A stretch of 64,000 nucleotides of DNA from Octopus sinensis. Its lineage: Eukaryota. The DNA lies in the NCBI RefSeq assembly GCF_006345805.1, contig NC_043001.1, positions 21,700,001 through 21,764,000 on the forward strand, given 5' to 3'. Positions 12,350 through 25,419 of the stretch are shown here, one piece after another. Every line of letters begins with the position of its first letter. Position 1 is the first letter of the stretch. Below the pieces are notes generated by a model. That model worked only from the letters and a program-made list of their open reading frames with translations, was not told the DNA's origin and did not search any database. The translations under genes and the position numbers were made by a program.

Positions 12350-12640
12350 GTACATACTCTGTTGTGTCTGGGGAGAGTCATTTTCTTTTTGTGCCTTATA
12401 ATGTAACACACTCACTGGTAAAATTTCCACGTTTTTCTTATTTTTATTTTCCTAAAATTTTCGTTGCGTCTTGCAACCTTTTCAGTAGTCTTCACTCTTG
12501 ATTATTGAAACGGTTGCAAGACGCAAAGAAAATTTTAGGAAAATAAAAGTAAGAAATAAGTGGAAATTTTACCGGTGAGTGTGTTACATTATAAAGCACA
12601 AAAAGAAAATGACTCTCCCCAGACACAACAGAATATGCTA
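12350..12640. repeat. Near-perfect inverted repeat (~135-bp arms), probably paired PLE termini
   Basis: The same peptide MEILPVSVLHYKAQKENDSPQTQQ appears in the ORF track on both strands. The minus arm reads CTGAAAA-G-GTTGC-aagac-GCAAC-GAAA-ATTT. Confidence 0.85.
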
Positions 12641-12719
12641 CAAAACACGAACTCATATAAAGAATCTTGCAAACCAAATCCAAAAATGCGTACATACATA
12701 CTTCAGCAATGTAACTACA

Positions 12720-12899
12720 TACATGTTGTGGGCGATTTCTTTTCCTTCCTTGGACTTTTCCCTCTCTCTTCTCCAGCGAAGAGCTATACTCGAAACGTCA
12801 ACAACTCTCTCCTTTTACTGAAAGTCAAACCAATTCATTCCTTGTGCACGTCCTCTTGCTGTCTGTTATTGTTAATTTTATTATTCGTTTATTTGAATT

Positions 12900-12900
<1 letters not shown>
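12720..12900 (+). mobile_element. Degenerate PLE terminal fragment abutting (TA)n
   Basis: GAAGAGCTATACTCGAAACGTCAAC resembles the GAAGAGC...GCTCGAAACGT motif; the core is degenerate. Confidence 0.45.
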
Positions 12901-12997
<97 letters not shown>

Positions 12998-13079
12998 TTC
13001 TGTTGAATTAGGTACTTAAGTTCAAGCACCAAGTCAGTGCGGTATTGTCCGTACAACTCAAAGTAAGGTGAATAAAATC

Positions 13080-14535
13080 AAAATAGCAACAGAATATCAA
13101 GAGGTATTGCAGTTCGACCATTTCATGTGACTCCAGTTAATTGAACAATGCAATCATCAGCTGCATAAATAAATAAATAGAATTGTTTTAATCAGTTGGA
13201 CACATTAATATAATTTTACTTAAATCTCTAATAGAGAAAGAAGAGGGGAAAATTCAATGTTGCTACAAATATAGCTCAAAATATACTACACTTCTAAGGA
13301 CTGTATGAAGTTTGTTAGAGTCATAGCTTGTAAAGGATTGTGGTTCATTTTTGATTTATTAATATTTTTTTATCAACTACCAAATCTAAGGCCAGAGGAC
13401 AGTGTCTGTTTAGAATGGATAGACGGAGTGAGTTGACAGTTTATAGTTGGGTATGGTAATAAATAGTCAGGATTTTAGGAAATATATAATTGTCTTTAAA
13501 GGAGGCTAACTAAGAGAATACCTTAAATAAAGATGTTAATTACCAATTAAAGGGGCAACACGCTGATAACACCAATGATGTTAATACAGAAGAAATTATC
13601 ATGGGGTACAATGGATGATTGTATATAAACAGTATTGTTATGTTGTATGACGATAAAATTTAAGATTGCTAAAAATGATATTATAACCAGAATAGATAAA
13701 TTGTGTATATATAGCAATTTTCAACAAACATTAAAAAGGGAAGATTACATAGAATTAGTTTAATATTCATTCCTGTGCTTAAGGAAGGGGAACTACAACC
13801 GTGTTTTGTGGTCTGCTACCACAGCAGCTCCTTTATAGGATCCAGTTAGCTCAAGATATCATCAGGAGGAACCGCGCCCGATTTCGGCCCCTACTCCTCT
13901 ACCGTTTGACGTGCCCCCCCCTTTCGGAGGTGTCTTCAGCTCTGGTGTTAGGTGCATGTCTTCTTTATTCTTTCTTCTGTTCCCTGGCCTCTTCGATGTA
14001 TCGTCAGCGAGTGTCAGCCGGTGGCTGACTGACTTGTCAAATTTTTCCCTTTACTTATAAGGTGATTTTCTACAAAAATTGCTCTGGATATTTACTTATG
14101 GAATACTGGGGCGATAAATCATGCTACCTTTATATTAATTGTAAGCTAAGAATCAGAAAAAAATCGGAAAAATAAGTTGTGCACAGATATATACACACAT
14201 TTAACTATGTACACACAATTAAAAATACACAAATATTTGTACTTTATTATGGATATGCTATAATCAACTCTTCTAGACTTCAGTAAATAGAAGTTTATAT
14301 TTCTCTTTAATAACATTAGTAACTTGATTTGGGGGCTTTTCCCTCTTCTTGCTCTATTAGAGAATTTAAGTAAAATTATATTAATGTGTCCAACTGATTA
14401 AAAATTTTTTATTTATCTAAACAGCTGAGGATAGCCCTGCATTTAAATTGATGTAATGATTGCATTGTTCAATTAAATGGAGTCGCTTGAAACGGTCGTA
14501 CTGCATCACCCCTTGATATCCTGTTGCTTATTTTA
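13080..14535. mobile_element. Element bounded by ~90-bp inverted termini (13080-13175 / 14415-14535), PLE-like
   Basis: AAAATAGCAACAGAATATCAAGAGG...TTGAACAATGCAATCA matches the reverse complement at 14440-14535. The consensus gives tgcag-CTGATGA...GAAACGGTCGT-A-ctgca. Confidence 0.6.
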
Positions 14536-14537
14536 AT

Positions 14538-14642
<105 letters not shown>

Positions 14643-14644
14643 CA

Positions 14645-14858
14645 CGAAGGGGTGCTGAAAAGTTCCTTGCTTTGGGTAAAAAAATATAGGAGGATCAGTG
14701 AATTATGATTTTATTTAACATATTCTCCTCTCAGATTCACAAACTTATTGCAGCGCTCCTTCAATTTTTCTAAGCCCTGTGAAAGAACTCGGAGGTGGAG
14801 CCTCCAGCCAGGCCTTTTACGATACCACTAAAGCCGGGAACTTTTCAACATTCCCTCG
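14645..14858. mobile_element. Mariner-type MITE
   Basis: TIRs CGAAGGGGTGCTGAAAAGTTCC / GGAACTTTTCAACATTCCCTCG, followed by TA. Confidence 0.8.
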
Positions 14859-14982
14859 TATACAGCTAAGAATTTAATCCTACGACGAATCGACGCCTCG
14901 TTTGGGATTGAGGGAGTATTGTAATCTCAGTCAATCGCACGCCATTCAAACAGACCTAAAATCGTGCGGCAGCAGCAGCAGC

Positions 14983-15050
<68 letters not shown>

Positions 15051-15704
15051 GATGCTGATGATGATGATGATGATGCAGTTGCTGTTTATAAGTATGATGA
15101 CGATGATGATGGTTCACGACTCAAGTCGTTCTGCTTCATCAAGTATGGACAAAAATGTAACTGGCCCAATGAGTCAGAAGGTATCTTGCCGACAGTGATT
15201 TCATAAATGTTTCATTGATTTCTTTTTATTCATAAATTTTCAAATAATTTTACCTTTTTCATTTTTTCTTTTTCTCTCATTCCCCAGGATTCGCTGGTTT
15301 GGATAATATGGATGTCATGACCTCCGTTTTAGAGCATACTCGGCAAAAAGACACCTCCATGGACTTAAGGAAAATACGAAATCATAACCCACTTCTACAT
15401 TTGTCTCCGATGGATGTCCGCCGGCTGTTGGAAGCCGGCAAATAAAGATGATTACTAAACATGATAGTGACAGAAATACTTGGCAAATGTTTAGAATATT
15501 TTCTTTTTCCTAGAGTCTCTCACTGCAAATTGGAGGATCTGAAGCCACATTTTTTAAATCTTCTGTCTGTATGAAATTTCATTCCATTACAATTTACTGT
15601 ATACTAGCGTCTGATAGTAAACATATCAAAGTAAATATATTGAAACTCTTGCTATTTATCCAAGGTTTAAAATTAAAATGTTCAAAGCAAACGTATGCTG
15701 TGTG

Positions 15705-15764
<60 letters not shown>

Positions 15765-15799
15765 TCATTCCATTTGTAATTCTGTGATTTACCTTGTTT

Positions 15800-16207
15800 A
15801 CTCTTTTTTTTTACTTGTTTCAGTCATTTGACTGTGGCCATGCTGGAGCACCGCCTTTTAGTCGAGCAAATCGACCCCAGGATTTATTCTTTGTAAGCCT
15901 AGTACTTATTCTATCGGTCTGTTTTTGCCGATCCGCTAAGTTACGGGGGCGTAAACACACCAGCATCGGTTGTCAAGCGATGTTGGGGGACAAACACAGA
16001 CGCACAAACATATACACACACATAATATATATACATACATATATACGACGGCTTCTTTTCAGTTTCCGTCTACCAAATCCACTCACAAGGCTTTGGTCGG
16101 CCCGAGGCTATAGTAGAAGACACTTGCCCAAGGTGCCACGCAGTGGGACTGAACCCGGGACCATGTGGTTGGTAAGCAAGCTACTTACCTCACAGCCACT
16201 CCTACGC
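15800..16207 (-). mobile_element. SINE family A
   Basis: Full architecture, little divergence from other copies. Confidence 0.9.
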
Positions 16208-16984
16208 AATCGTTTCAAACTTTTTGTTTTCGTATTATATTTTGTATTTTCATACATATATGGGCAATGGTCCAGTTCTTCAATAAGTTTTATGAGTCAG
16301 AAAATAATTAGGCTCTCGGTTTTTAGCTAAAAGAGTAGGTATATTATTATTTATGTAATATTGTAGTCCTATAACATCCAGTTAACAGCATATCACCAAC
16401 TGGTGTCATGCTGATAACCTTCCAGAGGCGGGGTGGAACGTTTCCCGCATGAAACCTTTCGGTAACATTAATTGGCTGTTATGATACTATGATGTTGTAT
16501 AAATAATGTGGGTTTGTGTGTATGTGTATACCTATACATATAAACTATATTATATAAATATTTCTGTATGTTGGAGCTTGTCGGTCAGATTTGATGATGT
16601 TAGCACCTGTAAGAGCTGGCCTGAGCATTTTTTTATTTTTTTGGAAAACTACCAGTTGCCCATGGTTGAAATCTCCCCATGTCTTTGATGTTGCTAAAGA
16701 GAAAGGCCACCGCTTAAAGGTCTGTCCAGCTTAGCAGCGACGCCGTTGCAGGCGTTGCCGTCAGAACGCAAAGGGCCGAAATAGACATCACAAGACATCT
16801 TGTCCGATGGTCTAACTGTTCCATCAATCTACTCCTCTGGGTTGATCCTTTATTTTACAACCCCTGAAGGATGAAAGACAAAACGACCTCGGTGGGATTT
16901 GAACACAAGGTGCAGCCAGTTACAATAAATACGGCAGGGATTTCTATCCAACGCTCTAACGACGCAGGTAAAGCAAAAATATTC

Positions 16985-17900
16985 TTTGTCTTTTATCTTT
17001 TACCTGCTGCAATCATTGGACTGCGGCTCCGTCCTGGGGTGGCTTAGTCAAACCAATAGATCCCAGTACTAATTTTTTTAAGGCAGGTACTTATTCTTAT
17101 TTCTTATTTCTTTACTGCCCACAAGGGGCTACACACAGAGGGGACAGACAAACGGATTAAGTCGATTATATCGACCCCAGTGCGAAACTGATACTTAATT
17201 CATCGACACCGAAAGGATGAAAGACAAAGTCGACCTCGGCGGAATTTGAACTCAGAAAGTAAACACAGACGAAATACCTATTTCTTTACTACCCACAAGG
17301 GGCTAAACACAGAGAGGACAAACAAGGACAGACAAACGGATTAAGCCGATTATATCGACCCCAGTGCGTAACTGGTACTTATTTAATCAACCCCGAAAGG
17401 ATGAAAGCAAAGTCGACCTCTGCGGAATTTGAACTCAGAACGTAGCAGCAGACGAAATACCGTTAAGCATTTCGCCCGGCGTGCTAACGTTTCTGCCAGC
17501 TCGCCACCTTAAGGCAGGTACTTATTCTAGCTGTACTTTTGACTAAACGCTAAGTTACGTGGGTGTAAACAAACCAATACCGATTGTGGAACGGTTGTAG
17601 GAAACAAACACAAGCACAAAGGTACACATATACACACACACACACAGGTATATGTATATGTATGCACACTCGCATACACACTTATTTACATGTATACATA
17701 CACACACACACACCACACACACACACACACACACGTGTGTGCGTGCGCGCGTACGCGACGGTCTTCTTTCAGTTTTTGTCTACCAAATTCATTCACATGA
17801 CATTGGTTGACCTGGAACTTTAGCAGAAAGCACTCGCCCACAGTAATGCACAATGGGACTGAACCCGGATCCACGTAGTTGCAAGGAAGCTTGTTCGCCA
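16985..17900 (-). mobile_element. Diverged SINE family A interrupted by a SINE-B dimer
   Basis: Tail at 16985-17097, remainder at 17509-17900. Confidence 0.75.
17098..17508 (-). mobile_element. Dimeric SINE family B
   Basis: Two tandem SINE-B monomers inside one 20-bp TSD, TTAAGGCAGGTACTTATTCT (17078-17097 / 17509-17528). Confidence 0.9.
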
Positions 17901-18297
17901 CACAGACAGTTTAGCAATACGATTAAACTTCAACGTCCAATAGGAAATCATTCGTGTCGTCAATGCGACAAATTTGACATATATGAAGTTTCCGTGTTGT
18001 TCAACAATGCTTTTACGACTGGCTTACGTCATTTAACACCTGCTAACATATAAAATAAATTTCGTATATATTTCCATCTAAACCAGTTAAATTTGCTGCA
18101 AGAACAAGAAAAGCTGTAAAGGAAATAAAAATTTGCTTGCAAATGTGAAAATATTTAGACAATAAATCTTTTTCAAAATATGTATGAGCAACTTATGATT
18201 TCGTTTCTTGCGTTCTTAAGTGGTTCATTCATATTTTTCTGCATCGATAATGATTGCAGTGTTTCTTCTAGATATTCTATTGTTAAGATTCTTCTGC

Positions 18298-18702
<405 letters not shown>

Positions 18703-19069
18703 GTTTGAATAGCTTAAGTTTCATGCTTTAGCAAAAACTCCAGCTCACTCAACCCATCAACATAGCAAAAGAGATTCTTACGTTCACACCTAAGTGTCAT
18801 TTATTCAAAGTAAATAACAAATGAGCAGATAGGATGACAAGCACAGACTATTGAATATATTTTGTTCATTTGATAGCCATTTCCATCGACCTTGCTAGTG
18901 TTGTTGCTGCTGCTGTTGTTGTTGTTCTTCTTCTTCTTCTTGTTCTTGTTGTTTGCAGTGCTTCAAAACTATCAATGCCAACCGTGTAGCATGTCGTTGA
19001 GGTTTTTAAATGCATAATAACGTAACTAAGAAGAAACATGAGGAGCTAATGTAATATAGTTCTCGTTGT

Positions 19070-19254
19070 GCGGCCAAGAAGTTCGCGCTTCGTATCTAAG
19101 TGGTTTCAGGTTCAGTCCCACTGCGCGACACCTTGGACAGGTATCTTCTGCTATGGCCCCCTGGGCCGACTAAAGCCTTGTGTATGAATTTGGCTGACGG
19201 AAAATGTATGAAAGTCCGTTGTGTATATATGCGTGCGTGTGCATATGCGAGTAT

Positions 19255-19296
<42 letters not shown>

Positions 19297-19505
19297 GTGC
19301 GTGTGTGTATGTGTGTGTATTTGTGTTTGACTCCACACCACTTGTTAACAAGTCTTCGTTTGTTTACGTCTCCGTAACTTTGCGGTTTGACAAAAAAAAA
19401 ACGTTAAGATAAATACCAGTCTTACAAAGAATAAACACTTGGATCGATTTGTTCGTCGGTAAACTCCAAGGCTGTTCCGCTGCGTGACTGAAACAAGTAA
19501 AATAT
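19070..19505 (+). mobile_element. SINE family A (diverged)
   Basis: Head, (GT)n and tail ...GACTGAAACAAGTAAAA. Confidence 0.8.
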
Positions 19506-19639
19506 GAAAAATAAAGTAGAAATTCCTGGTAAATTTCTTGCAGGATATTCCTAGGCGTCAAAGTGGAACATATAGCAGTTCCTTTTCAAGTTAATTTCTA
19601 AATTACTATTGCGTTAAGTCAAAAGTTTTGCAATATTTT

Positions 19640-19800
19640 GGTAGTGGCTGTGTGGTAAGTAGCTTGCTTACCAACCACATGGTTCTGTGTTCAGTCCCAT
19701 TGCGTTCAGTCCCAGTGTCTTCTACTATAGCCTCGAGCCGACCAAAGCCTTGTGAGTGGATTTGGTAGACGGAAACTGAAAGAAGCCCGTCGTATATATA
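19640..19800 (+). mobile_element. SINE family A head fragment
   Basis: GTGGCTGTGTGGTAAGTAGCTTGCTTACC...GAAGCCCGTCGTATA. Confidence 0.85.
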
Positions 19801-19804
19801 CATA

Positions 19805-20051
19805 TAAAAAACTTGATTCGTCTACCTTTCAACTTCCGTTCTTTCAACATGTGACCTCGTGAGCACCGCCAGCAATTTTTTTCCTCTGTCTTCCCTTCTC
19901 GGGATCTTTCCTTGTCCTTTGTTTCCGACGAAGAGCTCTGCTCGAAACGTTAAACCCTCCTTCTTCCCTTCTTTCCTGAGCGTCCAATAATACCTTATTT
20001 GTTCCACGTCTTCGCGTTGCTGTGTTTTTTTGTGTTTTCTTGTTTGGATTA

Positions 20052-20055
<4 letters not shown>
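19805..20055 (+). mobile_element. Penelope-like terminal fragment with hammerhead-like motif (19921-19955)
   Basis: gttt-CCGACGA-A-GAGC-tct-GCTC-GAAA-CGT-T-aaac. Homologous to 3215-3440 and ends in (TA)n. Confidence 0.7.
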
Positions 20056-20146
<91 letters not shown>

Positions 20147-20161
20147 ATATATATATGTGTG

Positions 20162-20192
<31 letters not shown>

Positions 20193-20688
20193 TTCTGTGT
20201 CTGTGCCCCCGCCCCAACATCGCTTGACAACTGATGCTGGTGTGTTTACGTCCTCGTAACTTAGCGGTTCAGCAAAAAGCGACAGATAGAATAAGTACTA
20301 GGCTTACAAAGAATAAGTCCTGAACTTGAAAAAGTTTTTTTTAAAAAAACGTGAAACATTTAGGACAAGTAATAAATCAGGAAGGTCACTGATAAAGTTG
20401 AACAAAAAATGAATAAGGCTAAAACAACATTTATCACATGATCGACCAAACTATTGGACGTTGTTATACATCGCTGGTCACAATGCGATTTGCATCATTT
20501 TAGCTTTCGAATGATGCCACCCCGCTGGCTAGGAGAGCAGGACGATATCCCCCATCCCCACCCGATCAGAAGGCTAGTCCGTCGCAGGGTTCCTCATTTA
20601 CAGCTGAGTGGACTGGAGCAACAAGAAATGAAGTGTTTTCGGGAATCGAACTCAGGATCTAACGATCGTGAATGCAACCCCTTAACTA

Positions 20689-21252
20689 TTGGGTTGTCCG
20701 GAAAGTTCGTGCCCATTTATTGTAGCTTACCTTTTCAACTTATTTTAGAACATGTTTGAGTCCATAAAATAGGATTTGACCACACCTCCATTTACTGCAC
20801 AGTTTAAGCTATCTTTTCGTGGAAGAAGGTTTATGTTCCTATAACCTGTGTCAATTTTGTAACTCTTTAAAATGGAAGACAAGAAAGTTCATTTTCGGCA
20901 CTTGATGCTTTTCTTTTTCCGTAAAGGGAAAAATGTCTCGCAAGCAGCCAAAGAAATATGTGCAGTTTACGGTGATGTTTCTTTATCCGAAAGAACTGTA
21001 CGGAAGTGGTTCGCAAGGTTCCGAGCTGGAGATTGTTAAAGAGCGATCAGGCAGACCATCCACTACAGATAATGACCAAATCAAGTCATTAATTGAGAAT
21101 AACCCACATTGCACAACCCGAGAATTGGCAGAAAGCCTCAACCTATCAAAATCTGTAGTTCATGAGCACTTGGTAAAGCTTGGGTAATGGCAAGTATTTA
21201 TTGACCTTTTTCTTTCCTTTAAAAATCGGTACAAACTTTCCGGACAACCCAC
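20689..21252 (+). mobile_element. Internally deleted mariner retaining the N-terminal transposase (HTH) region
   Basis: TIR TTGGGTTGTCCGGAAAGTT after TA. Encodes MEDKKVHFRHLMLFFFRKGKNVSQAAKEICAVYG...RTVRKWFARFR. Confidence 0.92.
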
Positions 21253-21404
21253 GCGCCTTCACAAACAAAAGAAAAGATATTTATGAGAATGTAAAAGCTT
21301 TTCATCTCAAAACATAACACTCCATCTAAGATAGAGGTTAATAAACTGTTTAATTGTGCAAATTGTTCTCTGAAAGCAGAAACTTGAACAAGGTACAACT
21401 TGCA

Positions 21405-21545
21405 TTACGTTGGTTACGACGAGGGGCGTTCCAGTTGATCCGATCAGTGGAACAGCCTGCTTGTAAAATTAACGTACAAGTCGTAGTTCTCGGAGAGATT
21501 CAGGGTGACACAGAATGTAACAAGGGTGGCCCTTTAAATTACAGG
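21405..21545 (-). mobile_element. SINE family C fragment (a further part lies at 20540-20688)
   Basis: Matches the 3' half of 37858-38180 in reverse. Confidence 0.65.
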
Positions 21546-22206
21546 TACAACTCATTTTTTTATTTCTTTGCTGCCCACAAGGGGCTACACATTAGAGGAG
21601 ACAAACAAGGACAAACAAAGGGACACAGAGGGGACAAACAAGGACAGACAAAGGGACACAGACAAGGACACAGAGGGGACAAACAAGGACAGACAAAGGG
21701 ACACAGACAAGGACACAGAGGGGACAAACAAGGACAGACAAAGGGACACAGACAAGGACACAGAGGGGACAAACAAGGACAGACAAAGGGACACAGACAA
21801 GAACACAGAGGCGACAAACAAGGACAGACAAAGGGACACAGACAAGGACACAGAGGGAACAAACAAGGACAGACAAAGGGACACAGACAAGGACACAGAG
21901 GAGACAAACAAGGACAGACAAAGGGACACAGACAAGGACACAGAGGGGACAAACAAGGACAGACAAAGGGACACAGACAAGGACACAGAGAGGACAAACA
22001 AGGACAGACAAAGGGACACAGACAAGGACACAGAGGCGACAAACAAGGACAGACAAAGGGACACAGACAAGGACACAGAGGGGACAAACAAGGACAGACA
22101 AAGGGACACAGACAAGGGCACAGAGGGAACAAACAAGGATAGACAAAGGGATTAAGTCGATTATATCGACCCCAGCGCGTAACTGGTACTTATTTAATCG
22201 ACCCCC
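21546..22206 (-). mobile_element. SINE family B 3' part with expanded internal minisatellite
   Basis: Flanks TTTCTTTGCTGCCCACAAGGGG and GATTAAGTCGATTATATCGACCCCAG are SINE-B sequence. Confidence 0.85.
21590..22150. repeat. 45-bp minisatellite, about 12 copies
   Basis: Unit AGAGGGGACAAACAAGGACAGACAAAGGGACACAGACAAGGACAC, giving 15-aa periodicity in the ORF track. Confidence 0.95.
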
Positions 22207-22467
22207 GCATCATTTGTGCCACGAAAATTATGGTGTTCATACATACTTTCTCGATGTGTAACAGTGTCAGTGTCAATGAGAGTGAATATACTGAAACCAG
22301 TATGTGTTTGATATAATTATATTGTTCCTCTTTTTCGATAAGGGGTGACATGACTTTCGGACCACCCTATACATACATACTCGGATGTATGCAGACATAC
22401 GTATATAAACGTGTATATGCAGTTACGCGTGCGTGCACACACATGCACACACATGCACACACACATA

Positions 22468-22542
<75 letters not shown>

Positions 22543-23221
22543 GATATATAAACACAATTTCATTCATTTATGTAGCACGTGCGCAGGCATACAATATGGA
22601 AAATATAAAATTTTTTTTTTATGATTTCGAGCGAAAATCGGTTCGTAAACAAAACCAGGCAATATGAAGTGTCGGAAATAAAAACATACCAGGTAGAAGG
22701 CGAAATTACTAGAAAGAAAGAAGGAAGGAAAGAAAGAAAGAGTGCAATACACACACACACACACATGTATGTGTGTGTGTACATGTATGTGTGTGTGTGT
22801 GTGAATGTATGTAAATTGCGACGTGAATTCTTCAATGCCGTAGGTGGGAAAGTAAACAAAACCAGATTCAGTATTTCATAAAGCGACATTGATTCACAAC
22901 AAAGGATCGTAATCAACTTATACGAACTTTAAACTCCCTTAATGCATAATTATGCATTTAGGTGATTTATAATGAGTTAAAACTTATTTCAGTGGGTGTC
23001 TATGCAAACATATTGTTCCGGTCTTAGATTCAAGCCAATGGAATCTTGTTACAAGTTAAGCATTCTCTGAGTTAATCAGAAATGGGAATAGATCTAGATA
23101 TAAATCTGCCATGGCGATAAAGTATGTGATCGAGGATATATCTAGCAATATTGTTTGTGTGTGTTTTATCGTTTCTTTTAGAAACCAAATGTACCTCGAT
23201 AAAGCGGTCGCAAAATATTTT

Positions 23222-23851
23222 GGATTTTTACCTTTTGACCGACAGATTTAAAAAATAATTTTTTGTAACTAAACACTTTCAAACTTCGGACACTGGTAGA
23301 ATGTGTCATATAAAACATCTTTTACTCTTAAAATTTTTGAGAAAACTTATATTTACGAAGTTATTTCACCTTAAAGTTGTCCTATTTCGGTAATTTCAAC
23401 CAATCAATAACGTGTATTCAGCTGAATAAAATTACTGCGGTTGTTTGTCAACAACAACTATCGGCAGTGTATTTTTCGTTTGTCACTGTAATTTATGACA
23501 TCGTTCGTGCGTTTGTACTGGTTTTAAGGTTTTAGGATTAGGGTTAGGGTTAAGGTTTTAGGGTTAGGGTTAGGGTTGTCGTAAATAACAGTGACAAACG
23601 AAATATACACTGCCGGAAGTCCTTGTTGACAAACAACAGCAGTAATTTTATTCAGCTAAATACACGTCATTGATTGGTTGAAATTACCGAAATATGAGAA
23701 CTTTAAGGTGAAATAACTACGTAAATATAAGTTTTTTCTCAAAAATGCTAAGAGTAACACATGTTTTATACGACACATTCTACCAGTACCCGAAGTTTGA
23801 AAGTGTTTAGTTACAAAAAATTGTTTTTTAAATCTGTAGGTCAAAAGACCC
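23222..23851. mobile_element. Long fold-back MITE with central (TTAGGG)n-like tract, Merlin-type ends
   Basis: Inverted arms of roughly 280 bp, GG...CC termini, 8-bp TSD AATATTTT (23214-23221 / 23852-23859). Shares internal sequence with 34999-35410. Confidence 0.8.
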
Positions 23852-25419
23852 AATATTTTTAATGGTTACAAAAAAGAAAAAAAGAAAATGTCTATGCTTG
23901 TAGATTCGCGTTTAAAATTTTGGTCAATTAATCCAATTTAAAATTTCAGTTCAGAGTTGTTGCTCAAATGCACTTTTGCGTAAAATAATAAAAATTGTAA
24001 GAACTTCGTAATAAGTAAGCAAAAAAAAATTAAATATGTGAATTCTAATGCATATTATTTCTCATAATTCCTTAATTTCAAATTCAAATTTCTAACCCCA
24101 CCTCTTTTTATGAAGAAATAATTATCTCCCTCCTGATAGCTGCCATCGCTAGGGAAACCGCATGAAATACCAACTTCAAGCAGGTAGTTATTTGTGTCAG
24201 CACAGTTACAAATAAGTGCGGGGTTTAGATTCGAGTTGTTTGAGGCAGTATTTTAGCATTGTGACAGTCTTCTGATTATGGTTATGAAGGTTTATATGCA
24301 GAGTAACTGACTTAAACAATATTCCCTTTTGAGGATCATATAATACCTGGGGTTCTTCAGGAAATGGCAAGAGAGTAATTTAAAAAACTTCATTGTTATT
24401 TTACCTTTTTACAGCTAAGTTGAAAACAGGATTGTTCTATAATGTTTTGCGTTTTCTCCCCGCCAAGTCTTGGTACATTAATTTGCACCATATATTGTAT
24501 ATGGATGGCAAGGTTTGCGATATCAGGAGAATATCACCTTCCTCCATTATCTCTTTTTGTTCTTCGTGTAGCTCAAGCTCCGGCAGGCGAGGCGAGAAGA
24601 CTTCAAGTACAAATGCAATTTACAACTGGTTTATTTACAGGTTTCACAAGACAGGTGAAGTGTGCTGCTCTCAGCAACCATCTTTAGCTATGTGCGTTGT
24701 GCAGTAGCTCCGTTAGTGCGGGCACATTGCCTCTGGAGGTACAACATACAGACAAGCCCAACCAATGGAGTGCAATCAGCAAGCGCTGCCGCTAAGAGAC
24801 AGAAAAAAAAGGCTGAATCTGTTTCTGCCTTGCCCTTATATACAGTTTGCCGTCGCAAGCCTCATTGTGATCTCGTACATGGTAAATAGATGCAAGTGAG
24901 GTCTCACTCCAGTCTCAGAGATGGCAATGGCTGCCGCGAGATCTCATCCAATATGGCGCTGACTGCTTGTGCCGCTACAGTATCTTCTCAAAGAATCCAT
25001 TATCTTTTAGTGCTATATCATAATGCTGAGGAGATATTTTCAAAAGTGATTTCATATGCAGATAATAAAGTATCCGATTGCTGATATTATAGACTAAGTT
25101 AAATGGTAAAAATATAATATAAACGATGGTAATAATAAATACTGCGAGTAGTAGCAAACCAATACCACATGGAAATAGTAACAAACCTGACTTCAGTAGG
25201 AATCTCATCAATTTGAATCTATCAAAATATTTCGATATCGGTAACCATCGTTACTTGGTGGCTGCCGTCAGAGCAGTCGTTTCCAGAGACTGCCGCTTCA
25301 ATGTATAGCGGAATCTGCTCAATGGTCAGAGTAAGTGGTCATTTATCAGAACTATTTCGAATCATCCGTGCGGTCTGTTAAGAGCGTATCTTGTTACTTT
25401 TCTTGTATATACTGTCTCG

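Noticed and set aside
21354-22155. Long ORFs on both strands (Cys/Pro-rich or charged repeats), and a possible CRISPR-like array
   Set aside because: All derive from a 45-bp tandem repeat of SINE tail. There are no unique spacers and no cas genes, and the context is eukaryotic.
23525-23580. Telomere or chromosome-fusion scar
   Set aside because: A short degenerate TTAGGG tract at the centre of a TSD-flanked MITE.
24560-25040. GC-richer patch with ALPLRDR...CP reading, possibly a Tx1 zinc-knuckle region
   Set aside because: Too degenerate to assign without a profile search.
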